Shown: positions 1 through 8,772 of the stretch, piece by piece | Position numbering within the stretch: position 1 is the first letter of the stretch | Layout of the letters: the number at the start of each line of letters is the position of its first letter | NCBI GenBank assembly: GCA_963555975.3 | Contig: OY821663.2 | Location: forward strand, 639,867-703,866 | Direction: 5' to 3' | Source of the DNA: Dehalococcoidia bacterium | Lineage (GTDB): Bacteria > Chloroflexota > Dehalococcoidia > Lucifugimonadales > UBA2985 | Length of the DNA stretch: 64,000 bases | Translations under genes and position numbers: made by a program | Notes under the pieces: generated by a model | Seen by the model: the letters and a program-made list of their open reading frames with translations, nothing else | Databases searched by the model: none | Told to the model about the DNA's origin: nothing

Positions 1-321
1 GTTGTTGCCGTCGACCAGGACGTTGCGGGCCGTGACGGGCGCGTCCGTAAGCTCGAACCCCATGACGATTATCTCGTCGCCCACCTTGATGAGGTGAGCG
101 GCTGCGCCGTTCATGCAGATGATGCCGGAGCCTCTTTCGCCGACCATGACGTAGGTCTCCAGCCGCGCTCCGTTGGTGTTGTCGACCACCAGGACGCGCT
201 CGCCGGGCCAGAGGCCGGCGCGGTCGATGAGGTCTTCGTCGATGGTGATGCTGCCGACGTAGTGCAGGTCGGCCTGCGTGACGGTGGCCTTGTGTATCTT
301 GGAGCGTAGGACCCAGCGCAT
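1..321 (-). CDS. panD: aspartate 1-decarboxylase (first 107 aa; C-terminus lies beyond the window start)
   Basis: The reverse-strand ORF is open to position 1, so it is absent from the ORF track. Its translation is [82 protein letters not shown]. This contains the PanD self-cleavage G-S site (YVGSIT) and the GARLETY..GERGSG..NGAAA blocks. A GGGGAG RBS lies upstream of the ATG at 321-319. Confidence 0.85.
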   Translation of the reverse strand, partial: MRWVLRSKIHKATVTQADLHYVGSITIDEDLIDRAGLWPGERVLVVDNTNGARLETYVMVGERGSGIICMNGAAAHLIKVGDEIIVMGFELTDAPVTARNVLVDGNN

Positions 322-329
322 AGGTACGA

Positions 330-868
330 GTCTCCCCTTTCAAGTGGAAGCTCCGAGTCAATCGCCTGATTATACTACAGATTGCGATGTGCGGGGGAAG
401 CGGGGGGGGGGGCCACACCCCGCCGGGCGCTGGATTCCTGCTTCCGGAGACCCTTGCGTAATCACATGTCCCTTCCCCCGTCTGCGGGGGAAGGTTAGGA
501 TGGGGGCGTTCGGGCCGACCGCCTACGCACGGTTCACCCCCATCTCAATCTTCCCCCTCAAGGGGGAAGAGGTTTTGGTGGCCGCCAGGCGAGTTGCGCA
601 AAGGTCTCCTTTCGCAGGAGTGACGGTTGAGGCGCGCGCCTACCCTTTGACAAACTCAGGATGAGCGGGCACGGTGTCCCGTTCGTGCTGAGCATGTCGA
701 AGCATGGACGGGGAGCACAACCCTATTCCCGCGCAGGCGGGAATCCACCCAACCGATTGCCGGGCCGGCACACAGTAGAGGCTGGAGCCGCGCTCCTGGA
801 TTGCGGCTGAAGTTTACCCTGAGCGGAGTCGAAGGGCCGCAATGACGTTGAGGGTGGTGCTCGGCCAT
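330..868. repeat. mosaic of REP-like palindromic units (families described in findings)
   Basis: Hairpin units are present: cccttcccccgtctgcgggggaagg (about 470-505), cccccatctcaatcttccccctcaagggggaagagg (about 538-575), and ctttgacaaactcagg..cccgttcgtgctgagcatgtcgaagcatgg (643-714). Further units are attcccgcgcaggcgggaatccac (about 727-750) and ctcctggattgcggc..gccgcaatgacgttgaggg (795-868). All recur elsewhere in the window. Confidence 0.85.
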
Positions 869-870
869 AC

Positions 871-1698
871 TCATGCCACCTCAATCTCCACGCGGCAGTG
901 GTCGCTGGGGCCCCACTCCTCCGGCGCGTTGAGGGCGCGAACGCTCACGGATTCCAGCAGGCTTTGAGACGCAAACGCAAAATCCAGCTGCCGCGTGGCG
1001 GTTGCCGGAGTCTGCTGGCTGGAGTGGTACGTGGGGACGTTCCTGCTGTCTCGCGGCAGCTCGTCCGGCCACGGGTTAGCCTGCCTGCCGTTGGGATGCT
1101 GCGGCCCCGCAAACGGCAGCCCCAGGGCCTCCATCCTGTCGAAAACCGTCCGGTAGCGCGCCGCCCAGTAAGGGCTGCCGAAATCCCCGTAGCCGTAGAG
1201 GATGTTGAGGTCGCCCGCGGCGATGATGCGATGACCGACTTCCCTGCCGATGAACGCCTCCGCCAGGTCGGAAATGAGCCGGTGAGCGGAGCCGTCGCCT
1301 ACGATCCAGCTGCCGCCGGCCCAGTCGTGCGGATACCTCCATTGCGCGTACATCGAGACAACGAATAGCGGGTCGCCCTCCGCGGGCGTTATCCTGGCGG
1401 CCGCCGCCGTCCCCGGGATGCTTACGGCGAACTCGCTGGTGACGGCCTCAGCGATGGGCCTGGACTCGATCCACTCCACCTTGACCCTGTCCGAAAGCCT
1501 TACAATCGCCGTGCGCCATCGTTGCGGGTGATGGTAGCCGCCGGTTATCTCGAATGGGCCGGGGTTGACTTCCACCCGGTCAGCCACGTCCGCAGGCGGG
1601 GGCGCAGCTTCCTGTAAGAGCGCGAGGTCTGCGTCCATGCGCACCAGTTCACGCCAAGCCTCACTACGTCGAGCAATGTTCCAGGAGATGATCTTCAT
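871..1698 (-). CDS. endonuclease/exonuclease/phosphatase (EEP) family protein
   Basis: The product begins MKIISWNIARR and ends GPSDHCRVEIEV, the N- and C-terminal signatures of the EEP fold. The ATG at 1698 is preceded by GGGAGG with a 7-nt spacer. The longer GTG start at 1713 lacks an RBS. Confidence 0.8.
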   Translation of the reverse strand: MKIISWNIARRSEAWRELVRMDADLALLQEAAPPPADVADRVEVNPGPFEITGGYHHPQRWRTAIVRLSDRVKVEWIESRPIAEAVTSEFAVSIPGTAAAARITPAEGDPLFVVSMYAQWRYPHDWAGGSWIVGDGSAHRLISDLAEAFIGREVGHRIIAAGDLNILYGYGDFGSPYWAARYRTVFDRMEALGLPFAGPQHPNGRQANPWPDELPRDSRNVPTYHSSQQTPATATRQLDFAFASQSLLESVSVRALNAPEEWGPSDHCRVEIEVA

Positions 1699-1744
1699 GG
1701 TGCGTCCTCCCACGGTTCAGTCTTGAAGGGACATGAGCCCGCTC

Positions 1745-2195
1745 ATCAATCCTAGCAGAAAAGGCATCCCAAGAGCATGTCAGATACGCGCGCTCACGCC
1801 CTTCGACAAGCTCAGGGCGAACGGGCACCAACCGGCCCGCTCGTGCTGAGCATGTCGAAGCATGGACGGGGAGCACAACCCTATTCCCGCGCAGGCGGGA
1901 ATTCCTATGCCGCTTGCCAGCGCCAGATAAGCCAATGAAAATGGCGGCCTCCTGCCCCCCATCTTGGCCGCGGGGTCTCAACTCCGTGCCTGAATCGGCC
2001 TATTTTCATAGCAATCCACCCAACCGACTGCCGGGCTGGCACACGGTTGAGGCTGGAGCCGCGCTCCTGGATTGCGGCTTTCGCCGCAATGACGGTTGAG
2101 GGTGGCACTCGACGAGCCTCTCGCTCTTCAGCCCGCTCAGGCCCTTGCAGGGCCAGACCCTCCGACAGGCTCAGAGCGCTACCAGCCGCGTCCCT
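1745..2195. repeat. REP-like mosaic including a nested 113-nt element (1903-2015)
   Basis: It contains cttcgacaagctcagggcgaacggg/cccgctcgtgctgagcatgtcgaag hairpin arms, the gcaggcggga unit, ctcctggattgcggctttcgccgcaatgacggttgaggg and ctccgacaggctcagagcg. The same composite order is seen at 680-868. Confidence 0.85.
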
Positions 2196-2199
2196 GTCC

Positions 2200-2228
2200 T
2201 TGACACGCCGCCGCCCATCCGCTAGGCT
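2200..2228 (+). promoter_or_regulatory. sigma70-type promoter candidate for the ileS leader
   Basis: TTGACA (2200-2205), a 17-nt spacer and TAGGCT (2223-2228), placed just upstream of the T-box Stem I sequence. Confidence 0.5.
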
Positions 2229-2234
2229 AGGCCA

Positions 2235-2508
2235 CCGTACAGGCGATGACGGAGACGAGTACGGGGCTGCGGGGCCTCCAAGCGAGCCTGGTACGGTGCA
2301 AGCAGGCGCGGCCCTATCCCGGAACATCACTCCCGAGCCGCTCCCCCAACGCCGCTGCGATTGGGCCGCGGCCAGTAGACGGAGCCGGCAGCCGCCGTTA
2401 CCGGCGCGGGGCGCGTGTGTGCGTCCCATCGGAGCGCCCCGACGCGCGTCGGGGAACAAGGGTGGTACCGCGGGCAAACGGCTCGTCCCTAGTGGGGCGG
2501 GCTTTTTT
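2235..2508 (+). promoter_or_regulatory. T-box riboswitch leader, Ile specifier (AUC)
   Basis: The Stem I start GCGATGACGGAGACGAGTACGG carries GA/K-turn and AGUA-type motifs. A distal GGTGCAA is present. A specifier-loop candidate GGAAC-ATC-A has ATC at 2326-2328 followed by a purine. The canonical T-box sequence AACAAGGGTGGTACCGCGG lies at 2455-2473, and its UGGU matches an A73 discriminator. An intrinsic terminator follows, 22 nt before the ileS ATG. Confidence 0.85.
2481..2508 (+). terminator. intrinsic terminator of the T-box leader
   Basis: A 9-bp stem pairs gctcgtccc (2481-2489) with ggggcgggc (2494-2502), including two G-U pairs. The loop is tagt and TTTTTT follows at 2503-2508. Confidence 0.8.
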
Positions 2509-2529
2509 GATGACCTTCAGGAGCAGCCA

Positions 2530-5500
2530 ATGTTCAAACCCGTAACGTCAAGAGTGGACTTCCCGGCAATGGAGCGAGACCTGCTGGAGTGGTGGAACGC
2601 CACCGGCATGATGCGGAAGTATCTGGAGCGCAATCGAGACTCGGAGAGGCGATGGTCGTTCATCGACGGGCCCATCACGGCCAACAACCCAATGGGCGTT
2701 CACCACGCCTGGGGTCGCTCGTACAAAGACCTGTTCCAGCGGTACAAGACCATGCAGGGCTTCCGCCAGCGTTACCAGAACGGCTACGACGGCCAAGGCC
2801 TTTGGGTGGAGGTTGAGGTGGAGAAGGAGATGGGCTTCCGCTCCAAGCGCGACATCGAGGAGTACGGCATCGACCGGTTCGTGGAGGCGTGCAAGGAGCG
2901 CGTGCGCCGCTTCGCCGACATCATCACGCAGCAGTCGATCCGGCTTGGCTACTGGATGGACTGGGACGACTCGTACCACACCATGTCGGACGAGAACAAC
3001 TACACCATCTGGCGGTTCCTGAAGGTGTGCCACGAGCGCGGCTGGCTGTACGAGGGCACGGACGTGATGCCGTGGTGCCCGCGCTGCGCCACCGGCCTCT
3101 CCGAGCACGAGATTGTCACGGAGGGCTACAAGGAGGTTGTGCACAAGGCGGTGTTCCTGCGCTTCCCGATCGAGGGCAGGGAAGGGGAATCGCTGCTGGT
3201 CTGGACGACCACGCCCTGGACGCTCACGTCCAACGTGGCCGCCGCGGTGCACCCGGAGCTCACCTACGCACGCGTCCTGCAGGGCGATGAGACGTTCATC
3301 GTGTCGCGCGCGCTCGTCGAGAAGCTGCTGGGCAACGCGCAGGTCGTGGAGGAGCTGCCGGGCTCGCGGCTGGTCGGGCTGCGCTACAGCGGCCCGTTCG
3401 ACGAGCTTGCGCCTCAGCAGGGCGTCGAACACACTGTCTTGGCTTGGAATGAGGTCAGCGAGACGGAGGGCACGGGCATCGTTCACATTGCGCCGGGCGC
3501 GGGCAAGGAGGACTTTGCCCTCGGCGAGGAGCACGGCCTGGCGACCATCGCGCCCCTGGACGAGTTCGGCAACTACGTCGACGGGTTCGACTGGCTGGCG
3601 GGGCGCAACGTGGCGGACGTGAACGAGGACATATTCGAGAGCCTGCGCGCCAAGGGCCTGCTGCTGCGCGTCGAGGACTACGCCCATCGCTACCCCGTCT
3701 GCTGGCGGTGCGACTCTGAGCTGGTGTTCCGGCTGGTGGACGAGTGGTACATCTCGATGGACGAGCTGCGCCACCTCATCGCGGACGTGACGCGCAAGAT
3801 AACGTGGATACCGGCGTTCGGCATGGAGCGGGAGCTTGACTGGCTGCGCAACATGGACGACTGGATGATCTCCAAGAAGCGGTACTGGGGCCTTGCGCTG
3901 CCGATCTATCGCTGCCACTGCGGCTGCGTGGAGGTGATGGGCAGCGAGGCGGAGCTGCGCGAGCGCGCCATCGAGGGCTGGGCCGAGTTCGAGGGCCACT
4001 CGCCGCACAGGCCGTGGGTGGACGCCGTTCGCATTGAGTGCTCGGAGTGCGGCGACCCGATGTCGCGTATCCGCGACGTGGGCAACCCGTGGCTGGACGC
4101 GGGCATTGTGCCGTTCTCCACGCTGGGCTACCGCCACAGCCGCGAGGAGTGGCAGAAGTGGTATCCCGCCGACTGGATTTCGGAGAGTTTCCCCGGCCAG
4201 TTCCGCAACTGGTTCTACTCACTGCTCACCATGAGCACGGCGCTGGAGAACCACGAGCCGTTCCGCTCAGTGTTCAGCTACGCGCTGATGCGCGATGAGA
4301 AGGGCGAGGAGATGCACAAGAGCAAGGGCAACGCCCTGGAGTTCGTGGAGGCGGCGGAGCGAATGGGCGTTGACGCTATGCGGTGGGTGTTCGCGCGCCA
4401 CAACCCCGCGCAGAACCTCAGCTTTGGCTACGGCACGGCGGACGAGGCGCGGCGGCGATTCCTGCTCACGCTGTGGAACGTCTACTCATTCTTCGTGACG
4501 TACGCCAACATCGACGACTACCGCCCGAGCGCGGAGTCGGCGGGCGCGCCTGCATCGGAGATGGACAGGTGGATACTCTCGGAGCTTCACGCGCTGGTCG
4601 GCGGCGTGACCCGCAGCCTGGACGCCTACGACTCGGCGGACGCGGCGCGCAGCATCGAGGACTTCGTGGACGTGCTGTCGAACTGGTACGTTAGACGGAG
4701 CCGCCGCCGCTTCTGGAAGTCGGAGAACGACCAGGACAAGCTGGCCGCCTACCACACGCTGTACACGTGCCTGGAGACGCTGGCGCGGCTGCTCGCGCCC
4801 ATCACGCCATTCATTGCGGAGGAGATGTACCGCAACCTGGTGTGCTCGGTGGACGAAGCGGCGCCGGAGAGCGTTCACCTGTCGTCGTATCCCGTTGCGG
4901 ATGCAGCGCAGATCGACGACAGCCTGTCGGTGGCTGCGCGGCTGGCGATGCGCGTGTCGAGCCTGGGCCGCTCGGCGCGGAGCAAGGCGGGCATCAAGGT
5001 GCGCCAGCCGCTCACGAGGGCGCTGGTGAAACCGCGGACTGCGGAGGAGGCTGCGATGCTGTCGCAGATAGCGCCGCAGGTCCTTGACGAGCTGAACGTC
5101 AAGGAGGTGTCGCTGCTGGAGAGCGAGGAGGATGCGCTGGACTTCCAGGTGCGGCTGAACCCGGCGGTCGCGGGCGCGCGCTACGGCGCGGAGACGCCGG
5201 CCATTGACGCGGCGCTGCGCGCCGGCGACGCGACCGCGGCGGCAATGCGCGTGCGCGCGGGCCTGACGGTTGCGGTGGGGGAGCGGGACGTGCAGCCGGA
5301 CGAGGTGACGGTGACGTCGAGCGACCGCGCGGGGTTCGCGACGGCGTCGGACGGCGGGTACACGGTGGCGGTGGTCACGCACGTCACGGACGAGCTGCGC
5401 GACGAGGGCACGGCGCGGGAGCTGGTGCACCGCTTGCAGAACATGCGCCGCTCGGCGGGATTCGACATCGCGGACCGCATCGTGACTTGGTACGACGGTG

Positions 5501-5661
5501 ACGCGGAGGCGGCGCGCGTGCTTGCCCGGTTCGAGTCGTACGTGCGGCAGGAGACGCTGTCGGACCGGCTGGAGGCCGGCGCTGCGCCGGAGGGCGCGTA
5601 CGCGGAGCAGCAGGACGTGGACGGGATGGCGGTCACGCTGGGCGTGGCGCGGGTGGGGTAG
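2530..5661 (+). CDS. ileS: isoleucine--tRNA ligase (type 2 architecture)
   Basis: The product begins MFKPVTSRVDFPAMERDLLEWW. It carries an HHAWG (HIGH-type) motif, KMHKSKGN (KMSKS), and the CP1 editing and Zn-ribbon motifs CPRC/CWRC. The ORF-track N-terminal extension (2047-2529) runs through REP repeats and the T-box and is not coding. Confidence 0.95.
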   Translation: MFKPVTSRVDFPAMERDLLEWWNATGMMRKYLERNRDSERRWSFIDGPITANNPMGVHHAWGRSYKDLFQRYKTMQGFRQRYQNGYDGQGLWVEVEVEKEMGFRSKRDIEEYGIDRFVEACKERVRRFADIITQQSIRLGYWMDWDDSYHTMSDENNYTIWRFLKVCHERGWLYEGTDVMPWCPRCATGLSEHEIVTEGYKEVVHKAVFLRFPIEGREGESLLVWTTTPWTLTSNVAAAVHPELTYARVLQGDETFIVSRALVEKLLGNAQVVEELPGSRLVGLRYSGPFDELAPQQGVEHTVLAWNEVSETEGTGIVHIAPGAGKEDFALGEEHGLATIAPLDEFGNYVDGFDWLAGRNVADVNEDIFESLRAKGLLLRVEDYAHRYPVCWRCDSELVFRLVDEWYISMDELRHLIADVTRKITWIPAFGMERELDWLRNMDDWMISKKRYWGLALPIYRCHCGCVEVMGSEAELRERAIEGWAEFEGHSPHRPWVDAVRIECSECGDPMSRIRDVGNPWLDAGIVPFSTLGYRHSREEWQKWYPADWISESFPGQFRNWFYSLLTMSTALENHEPFRSVFSYALMRDEKGEEMHKSKGNALEFVEAAERMGVDAMRWVFARHNPAQNLSFGYGTADEARRRFLLTLWNVYSFFVTYANIDDYRPSAESAGAPASEMDRWILSELHALVGGVTRSLDAYDSADAARSIEDFVDVLSNWYVRRSRRRFWKSENDQDKLAAYHTLYTCLETLARLLAPITPFIAEEMYRNLVCSVDEAAPESVHLSSYPVADAAQIDDSLSVAARLAMRVSSLGRSARSKAGIKVRQPLTRALVKPRTAEEAAMLSQIAPQVLDELNVKEVSLLESEEDALDFQVRLNPAVAGARYGAETPAIDAALRAGDATAAAMRVRAGLTVAVGERDVQPDEVTVTSSDRAGFATASDGGYTVAVVTHVTDELRDEGTARELVHRLQNMRRSAGFDIADRIVTWYDGDAEAARVLARFESYVRQETLSDRLEAGAAPEGAYAEQQDVDGMAVTLGVARVG

Positions 5662-5905
5662 GGGGGCGGCCGTCCGCTCACGCCCTTCGACATGCTCAGG
5701 GTGAGCGGATTATTGGGGGCGGCGCACCGCCGGACTGCTCATGTCCTTCGACAAGCTCAGAGCCTGCCCCGCATCGTATGCGGGGGTGAGCGGACATCAG
5801 TCAGCGAACTGTGCGCTCCGCTCCTGGTGAGCCTGTCGAACCATTCGAGCGGGGCAGGTAACGCTGAAGTCGCAAAAGCGCGTTGTGGCCGGCGCTAGTG
5901 AGCTG
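5662..5905. repeat. REP-like mosaic
   Basis: Units present are cccttcgacatgctcagggtgagcgg, ccttcgacaagctcagagcctgccccgcatcgtatgcgggggtgagcgg and ccgctcctggtgagcctgtcgaacc. Confidence 0.8.
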
Positions 5906-5915
5906 GCCTCGCCGA

Positions 5916-6539
5916 TTATCCTGACTTCTCGGCGTAGACCTGCAGCACTATCTCGAACTGCTCAGCGGTGAACGGCAGGGTCGTGAAGTTGCTCCTGGCT
6001 GGCGGTCTCCACGAGCCGCCCCGTTCGCCAGGGGGCGCGAACTCGGTGTGCAGGGTGAAGCCTACGAACCTGTTGAACGAGCCGAGCTCGCGAAGAAGCA
6101 GACGCCTCGAGAACAGCGGGTCGCCTTCCTTCGCTCCCTCCCAGTACACCCGTCGGCTCTCGATGAAGGCCGGTACCGCTCCATCCACGTCTATGATGAA
6201 GTCGTTCAGGTTCACGACGCCTGCCTGACCGCCACCGCCGATTTCGAACACGACCTCGTACCCCATACCGCTGCCAGTCTCGGTGAAGATGGCTGATGTA
6301 GGGTTATCGTTCAGGAAGCTCACGAATGCCGGGGATTGGAGGGCAGCGCGCCAGGACTGCCAGCTGTCCCACAGGATCAGCCGCGTGTACATATCCAGGC
6401 GTCCGAGCGAGTTGATGGTGAAGTACTCTCGGAAACCCGATTGGGTCAGCAAAACCTCGCTGGCACTCCTGTTCCAGGCCAGGTAGTCTCCGGCTTTTCC
6501 CTCATGCACGATGTCTTCTCGTCGGGTCACGAATGTCAT
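5916..6539 (-). CDS. hypothetical protein (two similar halves; weak resemblance to dimeric alpha+beta-barrel/ABM-type proteins)
   Basis: The ORF shows coding-like codon usage. I take the start at MTFVTRRED (ATG 6539), because the longer ORF (to 6716) would overlap the upstream LicD gene by 166 nt. The functional guess is weak. Confidence 0.55.
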   Translation of the reverse strand: MTFVTRREDIVHEGKAGDYLAWNRSASEVLLTQSGFREYFTINSLGRLDMYTRLILWDSWQSWRAALQSPAFVSFLNDNPTSAIFTETGSGMGYEVVFEIGGGGQAGVVNLNDFIIDVDGAVPAFIESRRVYWEGAKEGDPLFSRRLLLRELGSFNRFVGFTLHTEFAPPGERGGSWRPPARSNFTTLPFTAEQFEIVLQVYAEKSG

Positions 6540-6550
6540 GGTTCGCCCCG

Positions 6551-7441
6551 TCACTCGGCACTCAGGACGTTGCCCAGGGTCCCGTATTCGCCTGACGCCT
6601 GGTTGGCAGCCGCCGCAGTGGCGTCGGCCCTGTACACATAGCTCATGTCGGGCTTCAGCTCCTCCATGTAGAGTACCTGCTCGTGGCCAGGGTACCTGAC
6701 GACCAGCGCGTACCACCCGGCGTCCGGCACGACCATCTGGACGATGCCATCGTTGCCGCTCGTGAAGCTGCCAACGCCCACCAGCCTGACCTCCGCTTCA
6801 GGCACGGGACGGCCGCTATCGTCCAGCACCCTGATCCTGCTTGTGCGGCCGGCCGGTTCCTCGTCCGCAATCCCCGCCACGACGTCCTGCTCATACTCTC
6901 CCGGCCTCTTCGGCACCATCCATTCGTCGCCGTACTTCAGGCGCAGGTACTCCTCCGGTGGGTTCGGCACCATGAAGTTCTCGCCAAGGAAGTCGACTTC
7001 CTTGGGGGTCGTGAACAGCCCGGCAGGCAGGCGTATGCCCGGGAAGGTGTGGATGTGATCATCGACCGGGGTGACGCAGCTCCAGTCCACCCTGACGTAG
7101 TTCTTCATCATCGACATCGATTTGTACTCCCGGACCGTGTTCTCACCCACGTAGAACCCGCTCTCCGTAAAGGCGCTGGCCACCTCTCGCCTCGTCTCCT
7201 CCGTCAGCCCGTTGATGCCGAGCACCGAAATCAGGTCGACGTCATCGTCCCAGGGGATGATGGCGTTGTCCCGGACCGCTCCGAGGCACGTTCCGGAGTT
7301 GAGGAGGAAGATCACGCCCATACGCTCGAAGATTTGCCTGGCCTCCTTCAGGTTGCGCTCCGCCGCCCCTGCGTCGATAGGCGGGCTGTACCTCAGGGAG
7401 TAGTCCAGCGTAGCCTTGTCGCTTCCGTTGCCTGGTGTCAT
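6551..7441 (-). CDS. LicD-family nucleotidyl/phosphotransferase with a C-terminal carboxypeptidase-regulatory-like beta domain
   Basis: The sequence LLNSGTCLGAVRDNAIIPWDDDVDL matches the LicD signature (LxGTxLGAxR..IPWDDDxD). The C-terminal segment IRVLDDSGRPVPEAEVRLVG..GNDGIV..PDAGWYALVV resembles CarboxypepD_reg repeats. Confidence 0.75.
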   Translation of the reverse strand: MTPGNGSDKATLDYSLRYSPPIDAGAAERNLKEARQIFERMGVIFLLNSGTCLGAVRDNAIIPWDDDVDLISVLGINGLTEETRREVASAFTESGFYVGENTVREYKSMSMMKNYVRVDWSCVTPVDDHIHTFPGIRLPAGLFTTPKEVDFLGENFMVPNPPEEYLRLKYGDEWMVPKRPGEYEQDVVAGIADEEPAGRTSRIRVLDDSGRPVPEAEVRLVGVGSFTSGNDGIVQMVVPDAGWYALVVRYPGHEQVLYMEELKPDMSYVYRADATAAAANQASGEYGTLGNVLSAE

Positions 7442-7546
7442 GCTATGTTCTACCTCCCGATGAGAACCGCCGGCGGCCCGAAGAAGAGCTGGTCATCAGT
7501 GGGATGATTGCAAGACGGCTATCATACTACGCGGTGACACCTTGCG

Positions 7547-8707
7547 CTACCCAGCCGTCGGCGGCCGGCGCAGCGGTTGCCCGCTGCGGTACGTGGCGAC
7601 TCGCCAGAGCCACTCGGCGGGGCCGAAGAGGAAGCGGCCCAGCCACGCCTGCGACCACCACAGCTGCAACGCCCACACTGCGACCACGAACAACAGCACG
7701 GCGCTGCGGTTCACCAACTCCGCGTCTGCCAGCAGAGTCGTCAGGACGAGCACGCCGAGCACGGTCTGCGCCAGGTAGTTCGTCAGCGCCATGCGCCCCA
7801 CGTTTCGCAGCCTGCGCTTGAGGCCGGTATCGGGGCCGTTGTTCCACAGGATGATCAGGCTCATGTACGCCAGCGAGCAGGGAATGGTGCCGAGCGTGTT
7901 GGGGATCTGGCCGATGAAGGCTATCTCGCGCGAGTAGTCGTTGGCCGCGGTGACGATGACACCCGCCGCGGCCAACGGCAGGCCAATCGCCAGCCCGACC
8001 ATCGCCGTCAGCCGGTACGTCCGCGCAGGCAGGCCGCCGTCCATGAACCCGGCGCGGTACAGCCCGGCGCCGGCGAGAATCAGCCCCAACGCTCGCAGGA
8101 AGAAGCCCAGCAGGAACACGCCCGCGGATGCCTCGTCGGGGTTCGCCTCGCCGGGATACCAGATGTCGGCCAGCGTTTCGCTCGTCGTGTTGGCTATCTC
8201 CTGCGCCAGCGCGGTGGCGGCTATGGACATCGCGAACACGGCGACGCCCAGGGCGACGAGAGCAGGGTTCGGCAGCCTGCGCAGCGCGAGCAGGAAGACG
8301 GACGATACCGCGTAGACCATCAGCACGTCGCCGTCCCACAGCTGGAAATGGAGGACGCCGATGAGCAGCAGCAGGGCGTTGCGCCACAGGTTCAGCACGA
8401 GGGCGCGCCTGCCCCGTGCGGCGGCGCGGTCGATGAAGAGTATCATGCCCGCGCCGAACAGCAGCGAGAACAGCCCCATGAACTTCTGGTCGACGAACAC
8501 CTCGCCGAAGACGCCGACGGCCCAGTCGAGCCACGTCTCCGAGCCGCCCGCGCTCAGGTTGAAGTAGGCCGCGCCGCCGAGCTTGAAGTTGACCGCGTTC
8601 ATCAGCAGGATGCCGAGCACGGCGACGCCGCGCAGCAGGTCGAGGCTGGTTATGCGCTCAGACTCGCGGACGGGGCCGGATGCGCCGGGTTGCGGTTGTG
8701 CTGTCAA
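7547..8707 (-). CDS. DUF418/YeiB-like polytopic membrane protein
   Basis: The N-terminal motif ERITSLDLLRGVAVLGILLMN is followed by multiple hydrophobic spans, and the C-terminus reads GPAEWLWRVATY, as is typical of the DUF418 family. Confidence 0.75.
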   Translation of the reverse strand: MTAQPQPGASGPVRESERITSLDLLRGVAVLGILLMNAVNFKLGGAAYFNLSAGGSETWLDWAVGVFGEVFVDQKFMGLFSLLFGAGMILFIDRAAARGRRALVLNLWRNALLLLIGVLHFQLWDGDVLMVYAVSSVFLLALRRLPNPALVALGVAVFAMSIAATALAQEIANTTSETLADIWYPGEANPDEASAGVFLLGFFLRALGLILAGAGLYRAGFMDGGLPARTYRLTAMVGLAIGLPLAAAGVIVTAANDYSREIAFIGQIPNTLGTIPCSLAYMSLIILWNNGPDTGLKRRLRNVGRMALTNYLAQTVLGVLVLTTLLADAELVNRSAVLLFVVAVWALQLWWSQAWLGRFLFGPAEWLWRVATYRSGQPLRRPPTAG

Positions 8708-8772
8708 GGGTTCGTGTTCCTTCAGCGGGGGAATTGCCCGAGGATGTCAGATACTCCTTGGGCGTCGCATTG

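Noticed and set aside
278-874. ORFs confined to repeat regions. Examples are 278..664, 656..874, 1664..1981, 1905..2477, 14507..15172, 15598..15966 and 22285..22695. Further examples are 29342..29995, 36149..36899, 49692..50234 and 50239..50994.
   Set aside because: They are read-throughs of REP-like units. The same peptides (VRPELVEG, LSLSKH, CAGIG, IAAKAAIQ) recur wherever the DNA repeat recurs. They have no RBS and no non-repeat coding core.
2047-2529. A 161-codon N-terminal extension of the ileS ORF (track ORF 2047..5661).
   Set aside because: It runs through REP units, a promoter, the T-box leader and its terminator. The conserved IleRS N-terminus begins at ATG 2530.
2548-4137. Long antisense or off-frame ORFs inside real genes. 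Examples are 2548..4137(-), 4486..5430(-), 6683..7507(+), 7577..8944(+), 12913..14826(-), 17373..18467(+) and 24229..25641(+). Further examples are 25858..27102(+), 29887..31266(-), 31318..32598(-), 40756..41706(-), 41960..43138(-), 51540..52628(-), 52778..54238(+) and 57025..57933(-).
   Set aside because: These are typical high-GC shadow ORFs. Their products are Arg/Pro/Ala/Gly-rich low-complexity sequences. Each fully overlaps a gene with strong family motifs on the other strand or frame.
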